Shown one piece after another: positions 1-11,893 of a stretch of 64,000 nucleotides of DNA. The position numbers were made by a program, and so were the translations under genes. Origin of the DNA: Psammoneis japonica (lineage: Eukaryota); NCBI GenBank assembly GCA_008632985.1, contig QPGO01000004.1, positions 372,001-436,000 of the forward strand, given 5' to 3'. Each line of letters starts with the position of its first letter. The first letter of the stretch is position 1. Below the pieces are notes generated by a model. It searched no databases and was not told where the DNA came from. It was given only the letters and a program-made list of their open reading frames with translations.

Positions 1-900
1 GCTGTTGCACAAATTTTCATTTGTTGCTGTGTGTGACACGTGAAAATGAGGCAATCACTGATGTCACTGGGTGAGACATGTCACCCATGAAAAAAGGCAG
101 TAAAATGCAGTGGTGCCACAGCAATGGTTTTTTGAGCTGCCCCACTTGAGATCAGCCAGCACATGTGTGGACAGTGTGCCTTCAGCCATCGGCATGGCTT
201 GAGTTGGTGAACAAGCTGCAACCTCCACCAGTCAAAGAGCAGCACTGCTGTCAAATGCCAGGAGCCACAGGTGCATGTGGCACACTCTCTTCTCTTTTTT
301 GCCATGTGCAATGCACTCTCATCCTTGCACAGCCACTCATGCTGCTTTTCTCTTTCCTTGTCTGCCCCCCCCCCCTTGGTTTTGCACAGACAGAGTCACA
401 TGTGATGCCCTTTGATGGATCAAGTTTTGTGGGTGTGTGATCTTTTCACACACACCTGCTGTTCTGCTGCACTCATTCACCAACAAAGAACACCTTTGTG
501 ATTCTGTGAAAGCCCCAGCATCAATGTTGTTTTGGAGACAAATGAAGTCTCATGCACCGCAAAGTGAGGAGGGGCATCACCACACCAGAGCTGTGGAGAG
601 AGAAAAAGAAAGCAAAGAAAAAAGGGCAGTGGGACTGCTCCACCAGGCTTGCCAACAGATGCAAGCTTGGAGCTGGCTCCTCTCTTGTTGGGCAGCAAGA
701 TGTTCTGATGCTGGCCTCTTTCTGCCTGTCTTTTGCTGGCTCTGCCTTTCTGCCTGCCTCTCACACATGGTGTGGCCTGCCTGCATCACCTCCAATGATG
801 GCACAGAGTCACAAGAAGGCTTGGATGTGGTCTCATGCTCCCTTCTGCTTGTGTTGATAGAGTTGTGATGCACTGTTCGAAGTGGTGCTGGCAGCCAGCA
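1..900. repeat. TpA/CpG-depleted degenerate repeat block (family not identifiable; runs off window start)
   Basis: Essentially no TA and few CG dinucleotides until ~850, with TG/CA excess. Composition matches the identifiable TE relics elsewhere in the window. Confidence 0.55.
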
Positions 901-1081
901 TGTTTATGTTTTGTGCAGATAAGGCATAACACGCCCCTGTTGATGGGGTGACTACATCATGACATGCGTCCCTTGCTTCAACTAAGCACGACGCCTCTGT
1001 GAATGAAGCCATGTCGCAGCAGCAGAAAAGCAAGCAGATTATACATGTTACAGCGCACAGTAGAGAAATCGAACCATTACC

Positions 1082-2293
1082 CTACGGATTCGGGTCAACC
1101 ATTGTTCTCTTCTTCTTACGGTTTTCCCAGAAAAGCTGTTTGCGCAAGGGGAGGGGGCCGGTCCGGTTACCACGACGAAGCAGCGTGGAAGTAGGTGGAC
1201 GATAGCGTGCCTTAGGGATGTCAAATTCTTCCTTGAGACGACGGAAAAAATCGCAGTCGATGCGAATGAGTTCTTGGGCAAATTCATATACCATAGTGTC
1301 AAGCGCATTCAACATGCTGTAGTTTTCCCTGTTGTAAGAGTTGGAGTAGTTGGCGGCAGCAACACGATGATGCTCAATTTCTGTCTTATGAAAGCCCATG
1401 AATCCAATTGTGTCCTCGAAGCAGACACTCGACTCGACATTGATAATGAAATCAAATCGCGAAAGCATACGTCTCGCCATGTTGACGTGACCAATGGTCG
1501 GCTGAAAGCCTTCCGGATAATCCGAGCTACCTGCGGTCAAACTCCACGTCATGTAGTTTGACTGAACAATCTGCAACCGTTCCGTCCTTCCCGCGTCGGT
1601 AAAGTTGCGTTTTCCGAAACAGGTCTGAGATAGCCACATGTTTACATTGCTAATTGCCCGTGCCACAGGTTCACGAATCGAAATCGAATGAGCAAACTCA
1701 GAACAAAACAAACTGTCATCATGATCAAGCCATCGCTCGTTTCCAATAAAGTCATACGGGGAATCTACTGCTTCTCGACAGGACAGGGACTGTCGTGTAA
1801 CGCAATAGTTACACCAGAACGGACATAAAGCTTTGTGCCGACAGAGCTTTGGGGGCGCCTTGAGTCCATTGTCCCTGACTAGCCGACAGAGACTGGTTCC
1901 ACCCGTCTTGGGGATGTGCAAGTTGTATTGTCTCATGTGAATCCGCGGTATAAATGCCTTAGCAAAGTACTGAAAGTGACGATCAAAGCAAGACGGATCG
2001 GCGAGCGTGACGTTGTGTCGCAACTCGTTCACTTCCCACGGCTCCATCGTTCCCTGCTTGAGCATCTTTCCAACATGATCACAGTCAACTGGTGGTAAGG
2101 GATATTCAACAGGCAAAAGAGGCGAACTTGCTTCAATAACTTGAGCCGGCGGGGAATCGTCAGTGTAGAGTGATTTCTGTCTCGCGGTCTTGACGCAGGG
2201 TTCGCCTCTCATCACATAGAAACTACCATTAATTAACGCCGATAACACCAATAAGACGCCAATTTGATACGTAAAGGGACTCGACATCGCCAT
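1082..2293 (-). CDS. Sulfotransferase-family (PAPS-dependent) type II membrane protein
   Basis: 403-aa intronless ORF. N-terminal hydrophobic anchor (IGVLLVLSALING), 5'-PSB-like HIPKTGGTS and 3'-PB-like IREPVARAIS. Normal Tyr and TA content. Confidence 0.75.
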   Translation of the reverse strand: MAMSSPFTYQIGVLLVLSALINGSFYVMRGEPCVKTARQKSLYTDDSPPAQVIEASSPLLPVEYPLPPVDCDHVGKMLKQGTMEPWEVNELRHNVTLADPSCFDRHFQYFAKAFIPRIHMRQYNLHIPKTGGTSLCRLVRDNGLKAPPKLCRHKALCPFWCNYCVTRQSLSCREAVDSPYDFIGNERWLDHDDSLFCSEFAHSISIREPVARAISNVNMWLSQTCFGKRNFTDAGRTERLQIVQSNYMTWSLTAGSSDYPEGFQPTIGHVNMARRMLSRFDFIINVESSVCFEDTIGFMGFHKTEIEHHRVAAANYSNSYNRENYSMLNALDTMVYEFAQELIRIDCDFFRRLKEEFDIPKARYRPPTSTLLRRGNRTGPLPLRKQLFWENRKKKRTMVDPNP

Positions 2294-2559
2294 TGGACTT
2301 CCTTATGCGACCTTATGGTTGCGTTTACCGGTGCTTCAGCAACGAAAACTAAACTGGATGCCTTTGTGTCTTGTGCTCACTTTTGTTTTGTGTCGTTGTT
2401 GTTGCGTTAGTTGCGTCGGCGAGCTCGCTAAATACTGTACAGTACCGTTCGTTTTGGCCGAACCCATTATCATACAAAACTTCTAAGTTACTTAGATACC
2501 ATTATATTTTTTTAAATTCATAGCATTAAAATTGTCCGAAATGAATAACAGTCAATCAT

Positions 2560-4867
2560 GCGCGCAGCGCTCAGGTGCAGTGCAGTGTCAGTGGTGCTGT
2601 GCGGCAGTGAGACATCAGACATCTGTTGCTGGAGGCACAGTGATGGACCAGGTCTTGCTGGCACTGCATCACCCACAAGTTGAGACTGTGCCACACCCTG
2701 TGCACAGTCTTCGGCCAATGACAAAACCAAAAAATGCACAAGAAAAAGTTTGCAATGTGTCTTTGGGGAGCTGTTGAAGCCAACAAAGTGCACTTGTTCA
2801 CGACGAAAATGCCCAAGGAGTGCAGTGTTGAAACATGAGTGAGAACAAGAGTTGCCCATGCTGGGAGGTTTCAGAGCAGGTTCTGTGCAATGCCACAGGA
2901 CAGCACAGGCTCACAACCTGGTGGAGGCTCAAGATGTTGCAGAGCAGCGGCCTCTGTTTCCAGAAACAGCACTGAGGCATGCATGTCATCATCAGCAGAC
3001 CAGTGCATGGTGGAGCACCATGGTGGAGTCACAATGACTGCAGTGTCCAAAAACTCATGGTGGCACAAACTTGGTGCCCAACTGGTGCTGGTTTGACTTG
3101 GCAGTTGCCCAACCAGAAAGAGCAACACTGGCTTGCATTGCTGCACTGACTTTGCTGCTGCTGGCAGCTTTTCACAAATTTGTGCCAGAAAGACACAGTG
3201 AGTGGCAAATGGCACGCAGCTGCAAGAAGAATGTGCACTGGCAATTCCCTCCAACAAGAATGTGTGCTGGCAATTCCTTCCAACAAGCAATGTTGCACAT
3301 TGCACAACACAAAACAGCAAACACAGTGCTCAATGAATTGCTGCAACGTTGCTGTGCCATCTGTGTCATGTTGCCAGCCATCACCACCAGAGCTGGCAGC
3401 AACAGCAACAGAAGCGCACTGGCCAAAGCTGAAGCTGGATGCCCTCCTGTGCAGCAGCAGCAGCAGCAGCAGCAAGGGCATGCTGAAGTGGCAAAAGCGG
3501 GGCACTGGGTGAAGAAATGGGCATCAACACCCCCTGACATTGTCTCCAGCAATTTTGCCACAGAAGACCTGGTTGAGTTCAATCATGGCTGCATCTGCAA
3601 GCAGCCATCAGTGAAGCAGTTGTGTGGGTGTCTCCTCTGTCTTTGAGAACACAGAGAAATGCTGCTTTGCACAGGGATCAGCATCACAAAACAAACCAAG
3701 AATTTGATGTTGATGCTCAACATCCACTCTCCAAGAAGTGCTGGGTTGCCACATGGCAGCTGAGGTCAAAAACCAAGTTTTAGATTGCCTTGAACAACAT
3801 CTTCATTGCAAGCAACATGAAAGGGAGTGGGTCAGCAGGCATTTGTCCTTTGCTGTGCTTGTTTTGACAAACTGAAAATGACATGCTGAGACACTGTTGT
3901 TGCATCTTGTTTTTGCATCTTCAAGGAAATCTTGTTCATGCAAGCACTGCCCAGGTTTGCTCTTGCCCTGACTCCTGCATGGAAAAAGGCAAGATCAAAG
4001 GCAGATTGTTTTCAAGGACACTGCAGCACATGTCCCACAATTGGCAATGATGCTGCAAACCAAGAACTCAAGGATGACCTTGTTGTGAGTCCCTCCAGCT
4101 TCTTGTTGGAGCAGAGCTGTGCTTGCAGTCAAAGTCCCACTGACCTTGCTGCTGACACAAGCACCCATGGCAATGAATCTGATCCTCACCCCACTTCCCA
4201 TGGCACCCATGTGGCACCACAACAACTTGCCATGGTGGTCATGAGATGACCCATCTTCCTCGCTGTCCTCACCCAGCAATGAGGCTGACAGTGCAACTGC
4301 TGCCACAGTGCCAAGAGACTCAACAGCCAGCTTGTGGCTGCTGTGATGGTTGGCACTGTAGACGTGACCCTGCCATTGTCAGCAGCTTCAACCATTGCTT
4401 GTTGGTTGAGCCACAACTCCCACATGCCAGCACAGATGACAACACAAGATCCCATGACACCTCTGTCATCATCTGACCTCACCTTGGATCATTTTTTGGA
4501 GAATTGCCAAGGACAAGCTGCACTTGTGTTTGCACTGAAGCTGCAAAAAGGACGGGTTTCAAGAGCTCTTTTGCCTTTGGAAAGAGAGCAAGAGCTGGGA
4601 GACTTTTTGTGCCATCTCATTGATGGCTGGTCATTTGACAACAACTTGCATGGGCCACCCTCCAATTTTCAACCAGCCAGGCTGGATGCACTGCAACAAA
4701 AGTTAAAAACTGCAGGGGACATTTGCAAAAGGAGGTGCCATTCCATGCAAGGTGCCCACAGCACTGGCACATGATCATGCACAACTGGTGGAGAATCTGT
4801 TCCCAGCTTTGGCGGGTGCCTTTTCAATGGCAAACATTTTTTTCAGTTTAAAGGAAGTCGTGCATCT
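2560..4867. repeat. TpA-depleted degenerate TE-derived block; target of the Copia insertion, continuing at 8813
   Basis: TA nearly absent. Contains (CAG)7 at 3452-3472. TSD CATCT at 4863-4867 and 8813-8817 shows the flanks were contiguous. Confidence 0.5.
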
Positions 4868-5143
4868 TGACAGGATTTGAACAGGATTTAGGTGCGCGCG
4901 AAATGTCGCACGCCATTTAGTTTGCCGCGCACAGTTTTGTGTGCTTTAGTTCCGCGCGTTCGCGTGCGATGTAGTTTGCTTTCGAGCCACAAGGCTCACA
5001 AGAATGACAACAGTGGCCCGATCATACCAACTTACACGTCTTTCGGCGCCTGTGATGGTCTCTGAGCGGAGACTCATCTGCCATTTAGACAGCAGCAAGG
5101 AGTTGTTGTTTGAATTCTTGCCACCTGCCTTCAATTTCTGTCA
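4868..5143 (+). repeat. 5' LTR (276 bp)
   Basis: TG...CA ends with an imperfect 14-bp terminal inverted repeat. Colinear without indels with 8537-8812, 31636-31911 and 33285-33560. Confidence 0.95.
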
Positions 5144-8100
5144 GGATCAGATCCGTGAGCGTGGTGCCCCATCCAAACTCATTGGCGACCGTGCTCAAGT
5201 TGAGATCAGCAACAAGGTGCTCGGGATCCTGCGAGCCCTCTTCATCTCCAGCTGGCAAAGTGAGCCTCACCAGCAACACCAAAACTTTGCCGAGCGTCAA
5301 TGCCAGACTGTGAAGCGCGTGGCGAACACTGTCATGGATCGTTTCGGTTCGCCTGCCCACACATGGCTGCTGGCACTCATGTGCGTGTGCTTCACACTCA
5401 ACCATGCAGCGTCCCCACGTCTCCACTGGTGCACGCCCCTCGAGACTCTCACTGGCTCCACCCCGGACATCAGCCCATTGCTTCGCTTTCACTGGTGGGA
5501 ACCCGTGTGCTTCCACCTGTGTGACTCCGATTGGCCGTCCGAATCCCATGAGTTGCGTGGACGCTTTGTTGGCATTGCTGAGCATGTCGGCCACCAGATG
5601 ACCTTCAAGATTCTCTCTGACGAGACTCAGAAGATCCTCCACCGGTCCAACGTACGATCCGCTGCCACCGACCCTGCCGTTCGAAACCTGCGTCTTGATC
5701 CTCCTGATGGAGAGCCACCTGAACCCATCATCAAATCTCGCCATGACGACAACCCCGTCGATTCTCCTGATGGGGAGATCAGGACACCCAAGATGCCAGT
5801 TTTCGATCCGCAAGACATCATCGGACGCACCTTCCTCATGCAGCCACAAGAGGACGGACAACGCCACAGAGCTCGCATCGTCAAGGCCGTCGAAGACCAC
5901 GAATGGAAAGTGAACGGCAATCCCGAGCTCACTAAGTTCGTCTGCTCTGTCAACAACGACGAATGCGAGGAAGTCCTTGCCTGCAACGACATCATGAATC
6001 ACATTGAGCAAGAAGACGAAGACACTGCTGTTTGGAAATTTCGACGCATCGTGTCACACGAAGGACCTCTGAAGCCTCATGACCCAACCTGGAAAGGCTC
6101 AAGCTACAACATTGTGCTTGAATGGGAAAGTGGGGAGATCACGTCCGAGCCTCTTGCCATCATCGCCAAGGACGACCCCGTCACCTGCACCATCCATGCA
6201 CGAGAGAACGGACTTCTCGACACTGATGGCTGGAAGCGGTTCCGCACCATCGCGAGGCACCAGAAGAAGCTGTTTCGCATGGCCAACCAAGCCAAGCTTC
6301 GCTCCTTCTGCACTGCACCTCGCTGCAAGTACGGGTGTGAAGTTCCCCGGAACTGCAAACACGCCATGTCACTAGACGAACGCAACGGCAACCGCAAATG
6401 GGGAGACGCAACTAATCTCGAGATGGACCAACTCGAGGAATACAAAGTCTTCCATGACTGCGGGCCCTTCGAGTCTTCCACTCCTCCTGCAAGACACAAG
6501 AAGATCCGAGTGCACCTGGTGTGCGACGTGAAACACGACGGTCGCCACAAGGCACGACTCGCAGCCAATGGGCACCTCACGGACGTACCCATCGACAGTG
6601 TCCACTCCGGAGCAGTCTCCCTCCGTGGCCTTCGGCTGATGATTTTCCTGGCCGAACTCAACGAGTTGGAGACATGGGCCACCGACATTGGCAATGCCCA
6701 CCTTGAAGCCACCACCAAGGAGAAGCTCTACATTGCAGCCGGACCCAAATTTGGCAAACTCGAAGGACACATCCTTGTCATCCACAAGGCCCTGCATGGA
6801 CTGCACAGCTCCGGCATCCGCTGGCACGAGCACTTCGCCAACTGCCTGCGAGCTGAAGGCTTCTTCCCCTGCCGCGCCGAACCCGACATTTGGATGCGCA
6901 GGAACGGCGACCACTGTGAATGCATTGCCGTTAATGTGGATGACCTCGCCATTGCTGTGAAGGACCCTCAATCTTTCGTTGATGCTCTCACGGAAAAGCA
7001 CAAGTTCAAGCTCAAGGGTGCCGGACCCATTGAGTTCCATCTGGGCTGCGACTTTTCCCAGGATCCCGACGGCACCTTGTGCCTGTCTCCGCGCAAGTAC
7101 ATTGAGCGCATGGTCGACAGCTGCACCCGACTGTTTGGGGAGAAACCTGCCACCAACGCCCTGCCACCTCTGGAGAAGGGTGACCACCCCGAACTGGACA
7201 CTTCCGAACTGCTGGGGCCCGATGGCATTCACAAGTTCCAGTCTCTTGTTGGTTCACTCCAATGGGCAGTGTCCCTTGGTCGAATTGATGACATGCGGAG
7301 GTGCGAGGGGTGAGCTGCCGACGGACACAGAAGACATGTAGTCGGGGCTGAGGCGGCAGGCAAGGAACTCGTCATGCGTGAACAACGAGGAGTCATTGGC
7401 AACGTCAAGACCTTCGTGTGCTTTGACAATGTGCAGACCAATTAGAGCTGCCAACATGTTCTTATAACCGCGGGGCAAAGGGATCACATTAGTGCCATTG
7501 TCGCACTCAAGCGAGTCGATTTGGGATGGTATGAACGTGAACAGTTCTTGATGCGAGTCCGTGCCGTCTTGGGTCAAAGCCAAACGAAGAGGGCTCCCAG
7601 CACCTTGGGCAAGCACGGTTCCAACAACGTGCTCGAAACCATCGGTTTGTTGCTGACGAGTGAGAACCATGGCAGACAAAAGTGGTGTCAGGACAAGCAA
7701 TTCTTGTTGGGAAGCGAAGGTAGACTTGAAACTTGGTTCACTCCAATGGGCAGTGTCCCTTGGTCGAATTGACATTGCCACGGCCGTCATGTCACTCTCT
7801 AGCTTCCGAGCTGTGCCCCGTCAAGGCCACTTGGATCGTGCCAAACGCGTCTGTGAGCACCTCTCCAAGATGCGACACGGCGCTCTCCGCATTCGCACGG
7901 AAGAGCCCGACTGTTCAGATCTCCCTGCTCCGGCCTGTGAGTGGATGCATTCCGTGTGCGGCGAAGCAGAAGAGATGATCCCCATGGATGCTCCACCGCC
8001 CCTTGGCAAGTTCGTCACAACCACCCACTGCGTCAATGCAAACTTGCACCATTGCATGCTCACCGGACGCTCTGTCATGGGAATGCTCCACTTCCTCAAC

Positions 8101-8536
8101 AAATTCCCGGCTGATTGGTTCTCTAAGAAGCAAGCCACCATGGAGACTGCGACCTGCAGGTCTGAATTTGTTGCTGCAAGGACTTGTGTCGAGCAGATTG
8201 TCGACCTGCGCATCACCCTGTGCCACCTTGGCGTCCCGATCCGCAATGTCAGTTGCATGTTCGGTGACAACAAGTTGGTTGTAGACAGTGCCACCATCCC
8301 GCACTCCAAGTTACACAAGCAACACACCGCGCTGTCATTCCACCGTGTGCGTGAGGCAATTGCCTCTGGTTGCCTTGAGCTCCACTTCATCGAAGGCTCC
8401 CGCAACCCTGCTGACATTCTCAGCAAGCATTGGGGTTGCTCCCAAATCTGTGACCTTCTCCGCCCCCTCATGTTCTGGAACTTCATTCCATCCGAAGTCG
8501 AATCTGTTTCTGTGGCTCCTCAAGCAAACTGGGGAG
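5144..8536 (+). pseudogene. Copia pol (C-terminal integrase, RT, RNase H), interrupted at 7289-7732
   Basis: ORFs 5004-7313 and 7660-8589. Conserved Tyr positions are replaced by Cys/His (KALHGL, GNAHLE, DHCECIAV, HCVNANLHH, KHWGCS). Confidence 0.9.
7289..7732 (-). pseudogene. Inverted 5'UTR plus gag N-terminal fragment inserted in pol
   Basis: Minus-strand MVLTRQQQTDGFEHVVGTVL...SPLRLAL...IDSLEC (ATG at 7670) resembles the N-terminus of diatom Copia gag. It is flanked by a perfect 40-bp direct repeat (7249-7288 / 7733-7772). Confidence 0.6.
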
Positions 8537-8812
8537 TGACAGGATTTGAACAGGATTTGGGTGCGTGCAAAACATCGCGCGCTATTTAGTTTGCCACGCA
8601 CAGTTTTGTGTGCTTCAGTTCCGCGCGTTCGCGCGTGACGCAGTTTGCTTTCGAGCCACAAGGCTCACAAGAACAATGACAGCAGCCCGATTGTGCCGAC
8701 TTGCACGTCTTTTGGCTCCTGCAACGGTCTCTGAGCGGAGACTCATCTGCTGTTTAGACAGCAGCAAGGAGCCATTGTTTGAATTCTTGCCATTTGCCTT
8801 CAATTTCTGTCA
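8537..8812 (+). repeat. 3' LTR (276 bp)
   Basis: Follows the PPT and is followed by TSD CATCT. Confidence 0.95.
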
Positions 8813-8817
8813 CATCT

Positions 8818-10720
8818 GAGTCTGGACATGGGTTGATGGGAGCCAACAGAGCAGCACATCAGAGGTGAGTCAAGTGTTTGTTTGTTGCTCCTGCTGTTTG
8901 TGACAGAGTGACTCAGCTTTCTCAACCAGGGTGCCAAAAGGAGTGCAGTTGGGGGCATGGAGAGCCATTGGGTGTGGAACCAGGTCAATCTCTTTGGTGA
9001 GAGACTGACCATGGAAATGCAAACTGGCAGCTTGCACAGTGCCATTGCAGCACCAACAATGCAGTTCAAAGTTGGAGTGCAAAAGTGCAAAGATGAAAAG
9101 TGCTCACCTGCAGAAGGCCCGCTGGGTGTCATCCACAAATCCCCAATGGTGCTGGGTTGGTGCCTTTCCAGGTCATCTGTTGGGGTGCCCACATTTGTTG
9201 TCCAAAATGCCAAGTGTCCTGAAGCTCTCAAGTGGAGGAGCACCATGATGGTCTCTGACTGGGCAAATGTCTTGCACCAGATCAACTTTCATCACACAGT
9301 TCTTGGAGAGAAACACCTGGCACAAGCTTGCATGAAATTTCCAGCCAAATTTTGTGATTTTGGTGGGCAGCCATGCCACTGATCTTGTGGCAGAATGCAT
9401 TGCACAAATGATGTGCCACAAACCACATGATGCACACAACTTCACAAGACCCCCCTGCCAAATGCATCCCTGGCCATGCTTGTGCAGCAGGTGTGGTCAC
9501 TTCAAAGATGAGAAAGAGATGTCACAAGCAGAGTTTCTTCATCACAAAAGATGCACCATTCTTCATGACAGATGATGGGTGTGAGCCACAGGCACCAAAG
9601 CAACAGTTTTCTCAGATTGCAATGGTTGCATTCTGTGTGGGGGTCCACTTCAAATGGTGAAAACTTGCAATTCTTCTTCTTCTTTCTTCAGCAAGTTGTT
9701 CTCTCTCTCTCCCTCTCTCTGTCTCTGTCTCTCTGCAACAAAAGAGCCACAATCTTCAAGGTTGAGCAAGCAAATCTCCCCACAGCACTGGCACCACACA
9801 AAGCAACACAGCTGAGGCTCTTTGTCACAAGTCTTTTTTACATGATGTGCTCCAACTCTGGGTGGGACCTTGCACTGCTCTGGAGTGTGATGACAAAGTG
9901 GACATTTTTTTGTGCGACACTCTGCACATGTGTGTCATGCACGCGTGCTTCTGACCACATGTGCTCTTTGCAAAGCTGCTTCACACAGCTTCATTTTTGC
10001 AAAGCAGACCATTTGTGAGAACAAAAGTGGGCTGGGTGCACTCTTCAGTGTCTGAAGAGTGCGCCACCTGGGCAAACCACAAACGACGCAGCACTTCAGG
10101 AATGGGCAGGCCTGCTCGAGATCAAAAATTTGCCTTTTTGTCTGCTGGTGATCATTTGTTTGTTCCCCACCTTGTGATTTTGCTGTGGAGCTTGCATGCA
10201 GTCACAGAATTCTGTGGGCCCAACATCACACTGAGTTCCACCCAGGGCCCACCAGGGCTGGGGTGCAGCTTTGGCTGCCGCTCCTCTCATTTCTTTTGAG
10301 CGCTGGCTGGCAAAGAGCACTGGAATGAAAAGGACAAATGCACACAAGTGACAAATCATTTGAAGGGCAATGCTGAAGTGCTTCCTCATGTTGGTGGTGT
10401 CTCCGACTGAGAGCACATCGCCACGGCACAGCCAGCTTGCTTGCCTGACTGATTTCTCGCACGACACGCCGCACACCGAGCATTGTTGACCAGCTCGCCA
10501 TCAGAGTCTGAGTCTCATCTCTGTTTGAGACATCACAATGAGCATGGCACCTTCGCAGACTGCATGGTCATTTTGGTTGGTTGCCATGTTGGTTGCTGTT
10601 CGTTGTTCGTCCCTGCATGCATTGGTGTTTTTCACAACAGAAAGATGGAACTTGGAATCTTCCTCCCTCCTGTCCTTTTCGAAAGTTCCCGCGGGCTGCG
10701 GCCTTCGTCGGGACACAACG
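8818..10720. repeat. TpA-depleted degenerate block; 8820-9660 may be an older Copia integrase relic
   Basis: TA and CG are both depleted. Weak integrase-like remnants (VVQNAKCPEALKW). A (CT)n tract lies at ~9700-9733. Confidence 0.4.
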
Positions 10721-10993
10721 AGCAACTGTGGTAAATGACAAATGACGAAGCTGTCGCGGCTACCGACTTGTTACCGGACCTTTACCCTTCTCATCCAAAA
10801 CAACGACGGGGCGTGTTGCGGTCGGTCGGTTGAAGATTATTATTTTTGCATTGATAGTTGACGTAACGAACAAGATCAAAAGTTGATTGTGTTGATGCGA
10901 ATAATTGTGGTAAAGATGTTGTTGCGCAGAGAAGATCGCAATAAGAGATAGTGATATGGAAAAACGACCCTAACCCACGGTTTATCTCATCCG

Positions 10994-11893
10994 ATGGATC
11001 TGCTAGATGTGTACGAGAGTAGCAACAGCAGCGAGGAGGAGGAGGATACCGCATCAAAAGTTTCATATGATAAAGACTATCCTGTTATCAAGAAAACCGA
11101 GGAGAGAGATTCGTCAGAATTGAAGGAGACTCAAGTGGACGTTTTGGAGTTTGCCTCCACGAATTCTGTGTTTGAGCGATCGGTGCCTCATGTTCGTGGC
11201 AACTGGGCAGGCCACATCTTTTTGAAACTGGACGACTACCAACACGGAGAATTGTACCGAATGGCAAGACGCTCTATCTCCGCATTGAGAACGAAACTTC
11301 AGGCAGCAGGATGGAAAGGATCCATTGTGTCTCATGTTCCTTGGAAAGATGGTGACGACACCGACGATGATTCATCGTCTGACGGAGAAGCTAATGCTTC
11401 GTCATCCGCTGAATCACACGTTGGCCTTCACGTATCACTATCGAAGCCGTTTTATTTGCAAGAGGCATCCATTCTGTCCTTCGTGAAGGATTTGCGAGAT
11501 CGCCTGTCTTGCGAACCGTCCCTGACCGTGAAGCTCGGCGGCCCTCCGCACGTTTTGGTAAACGACGAGAAAACGCGGAGCTTTTGGTGCATGCCCGTGT
11601 CTTGCACAACCCCGTCGCTATCTGGGTTAATTAGTCATGTGGATCAAGTCATGGTGAAATACAGACAACCCACCTACTATCATCCGCCGTTGATGCATGC
11701 GAGCCTCGCATCGATACCCGGCAATGTGGAGTCGCTGCTGGTGACAAACAACACGAACTCGACCAAAGATGGATTGAAAGAACATCTCCTCGGATCCATC
11801 AAAGCCGAGCATCCTTTTCTAATCTCCATTCGTGATGTGCACTGTACCTTTGGAACGACCAAAGCGTTCTCCATTAGGCTACGTGAGCTTTGA
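10994..11893 (+). CDS. USB1: U6 snRNA phosphodiesterase (2H phosphoesterase)
   Basis: 299 aa with RSVPHVRGNWAGHIF, two HxS motifs (LHVSLS, MHASLA), LVNDEKTRSF and YRQPTYYHPP. Confidence 0.9.
   Translation: MDLLDVYESSNSSEEEEDTASKVSYDKDYPVIKKTEERDSSELKETQVDVLEFASTNSVFERSVPHVRGNWAGHIFLKLDDYQHGELYRMARRSISALRTKLQAAGWKGSIVSHVPWKDGDDTDDDSSSDGEANASSSAESHVGLHVSLSKPFYLQEASILSFVKDLRDRLSCEPSLTVKLGGPPHVLVNDEKTRSFWCMPVSCTTPSLSGLISHVDQVMVKYRQPTYYHPPLMHASLASIPGNVESLLVTNNTNSTKDGLKEHLLGSIKAEHPFLISIRDVHCTFGTTKAFSIRLREL

Larger units (their letters stand above)
4868..8812 (+). mobile_element. Ty1/Copia (CoDi-like) LTR retrotransposon, internally deleted/rearranged and hypermutated
   Basis: Two 276-bp LTRs (TGACAGGATTTGAA...TTCAATTTCTGTCA), 5-bp TSD CATCT, and PPT GGGGAG at 8531-8536. 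Domain order is integrase-RT-RNaseH: SEPHQQHQNFAER, DVKHDGRHKARL, DIGNAHLEA, NVDD, SKKQATMETATCRSEF, NPADILSK. Confidence 0.95.

Noticed and set aside
2518..4774. Many Cys/His/Gln-rich ORFs, including poly-Q and poly-C tracts, as metal-binding proteins
   Set aside because: They arise from TA depletion and a (CAG)n microsatellite. They lack Tyr and any recognisable domain.
4868..5143. 276-bp unit as a MITE because of its terminal inverted repeats
   Set aside because: Copies occur as direct-repeat pairs with a PPT, and 5-bp TSDs flank the pair, so they are LTRs.
5144..8536. Alternative genetic code (Cys/His codons read as Tyr)
   Set aside because: Host genes in the same window use TAY for conserved Tyr, and the change also affects non-coding LTRs.
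4868..8812. CpG deamination or fungal-type RIP as the sole explanation of the TG/CA excess
   Set aside because: CpG decay is present but cannot turn Tyr codons into Cys/His or remove TA, and RIP would increase TA.
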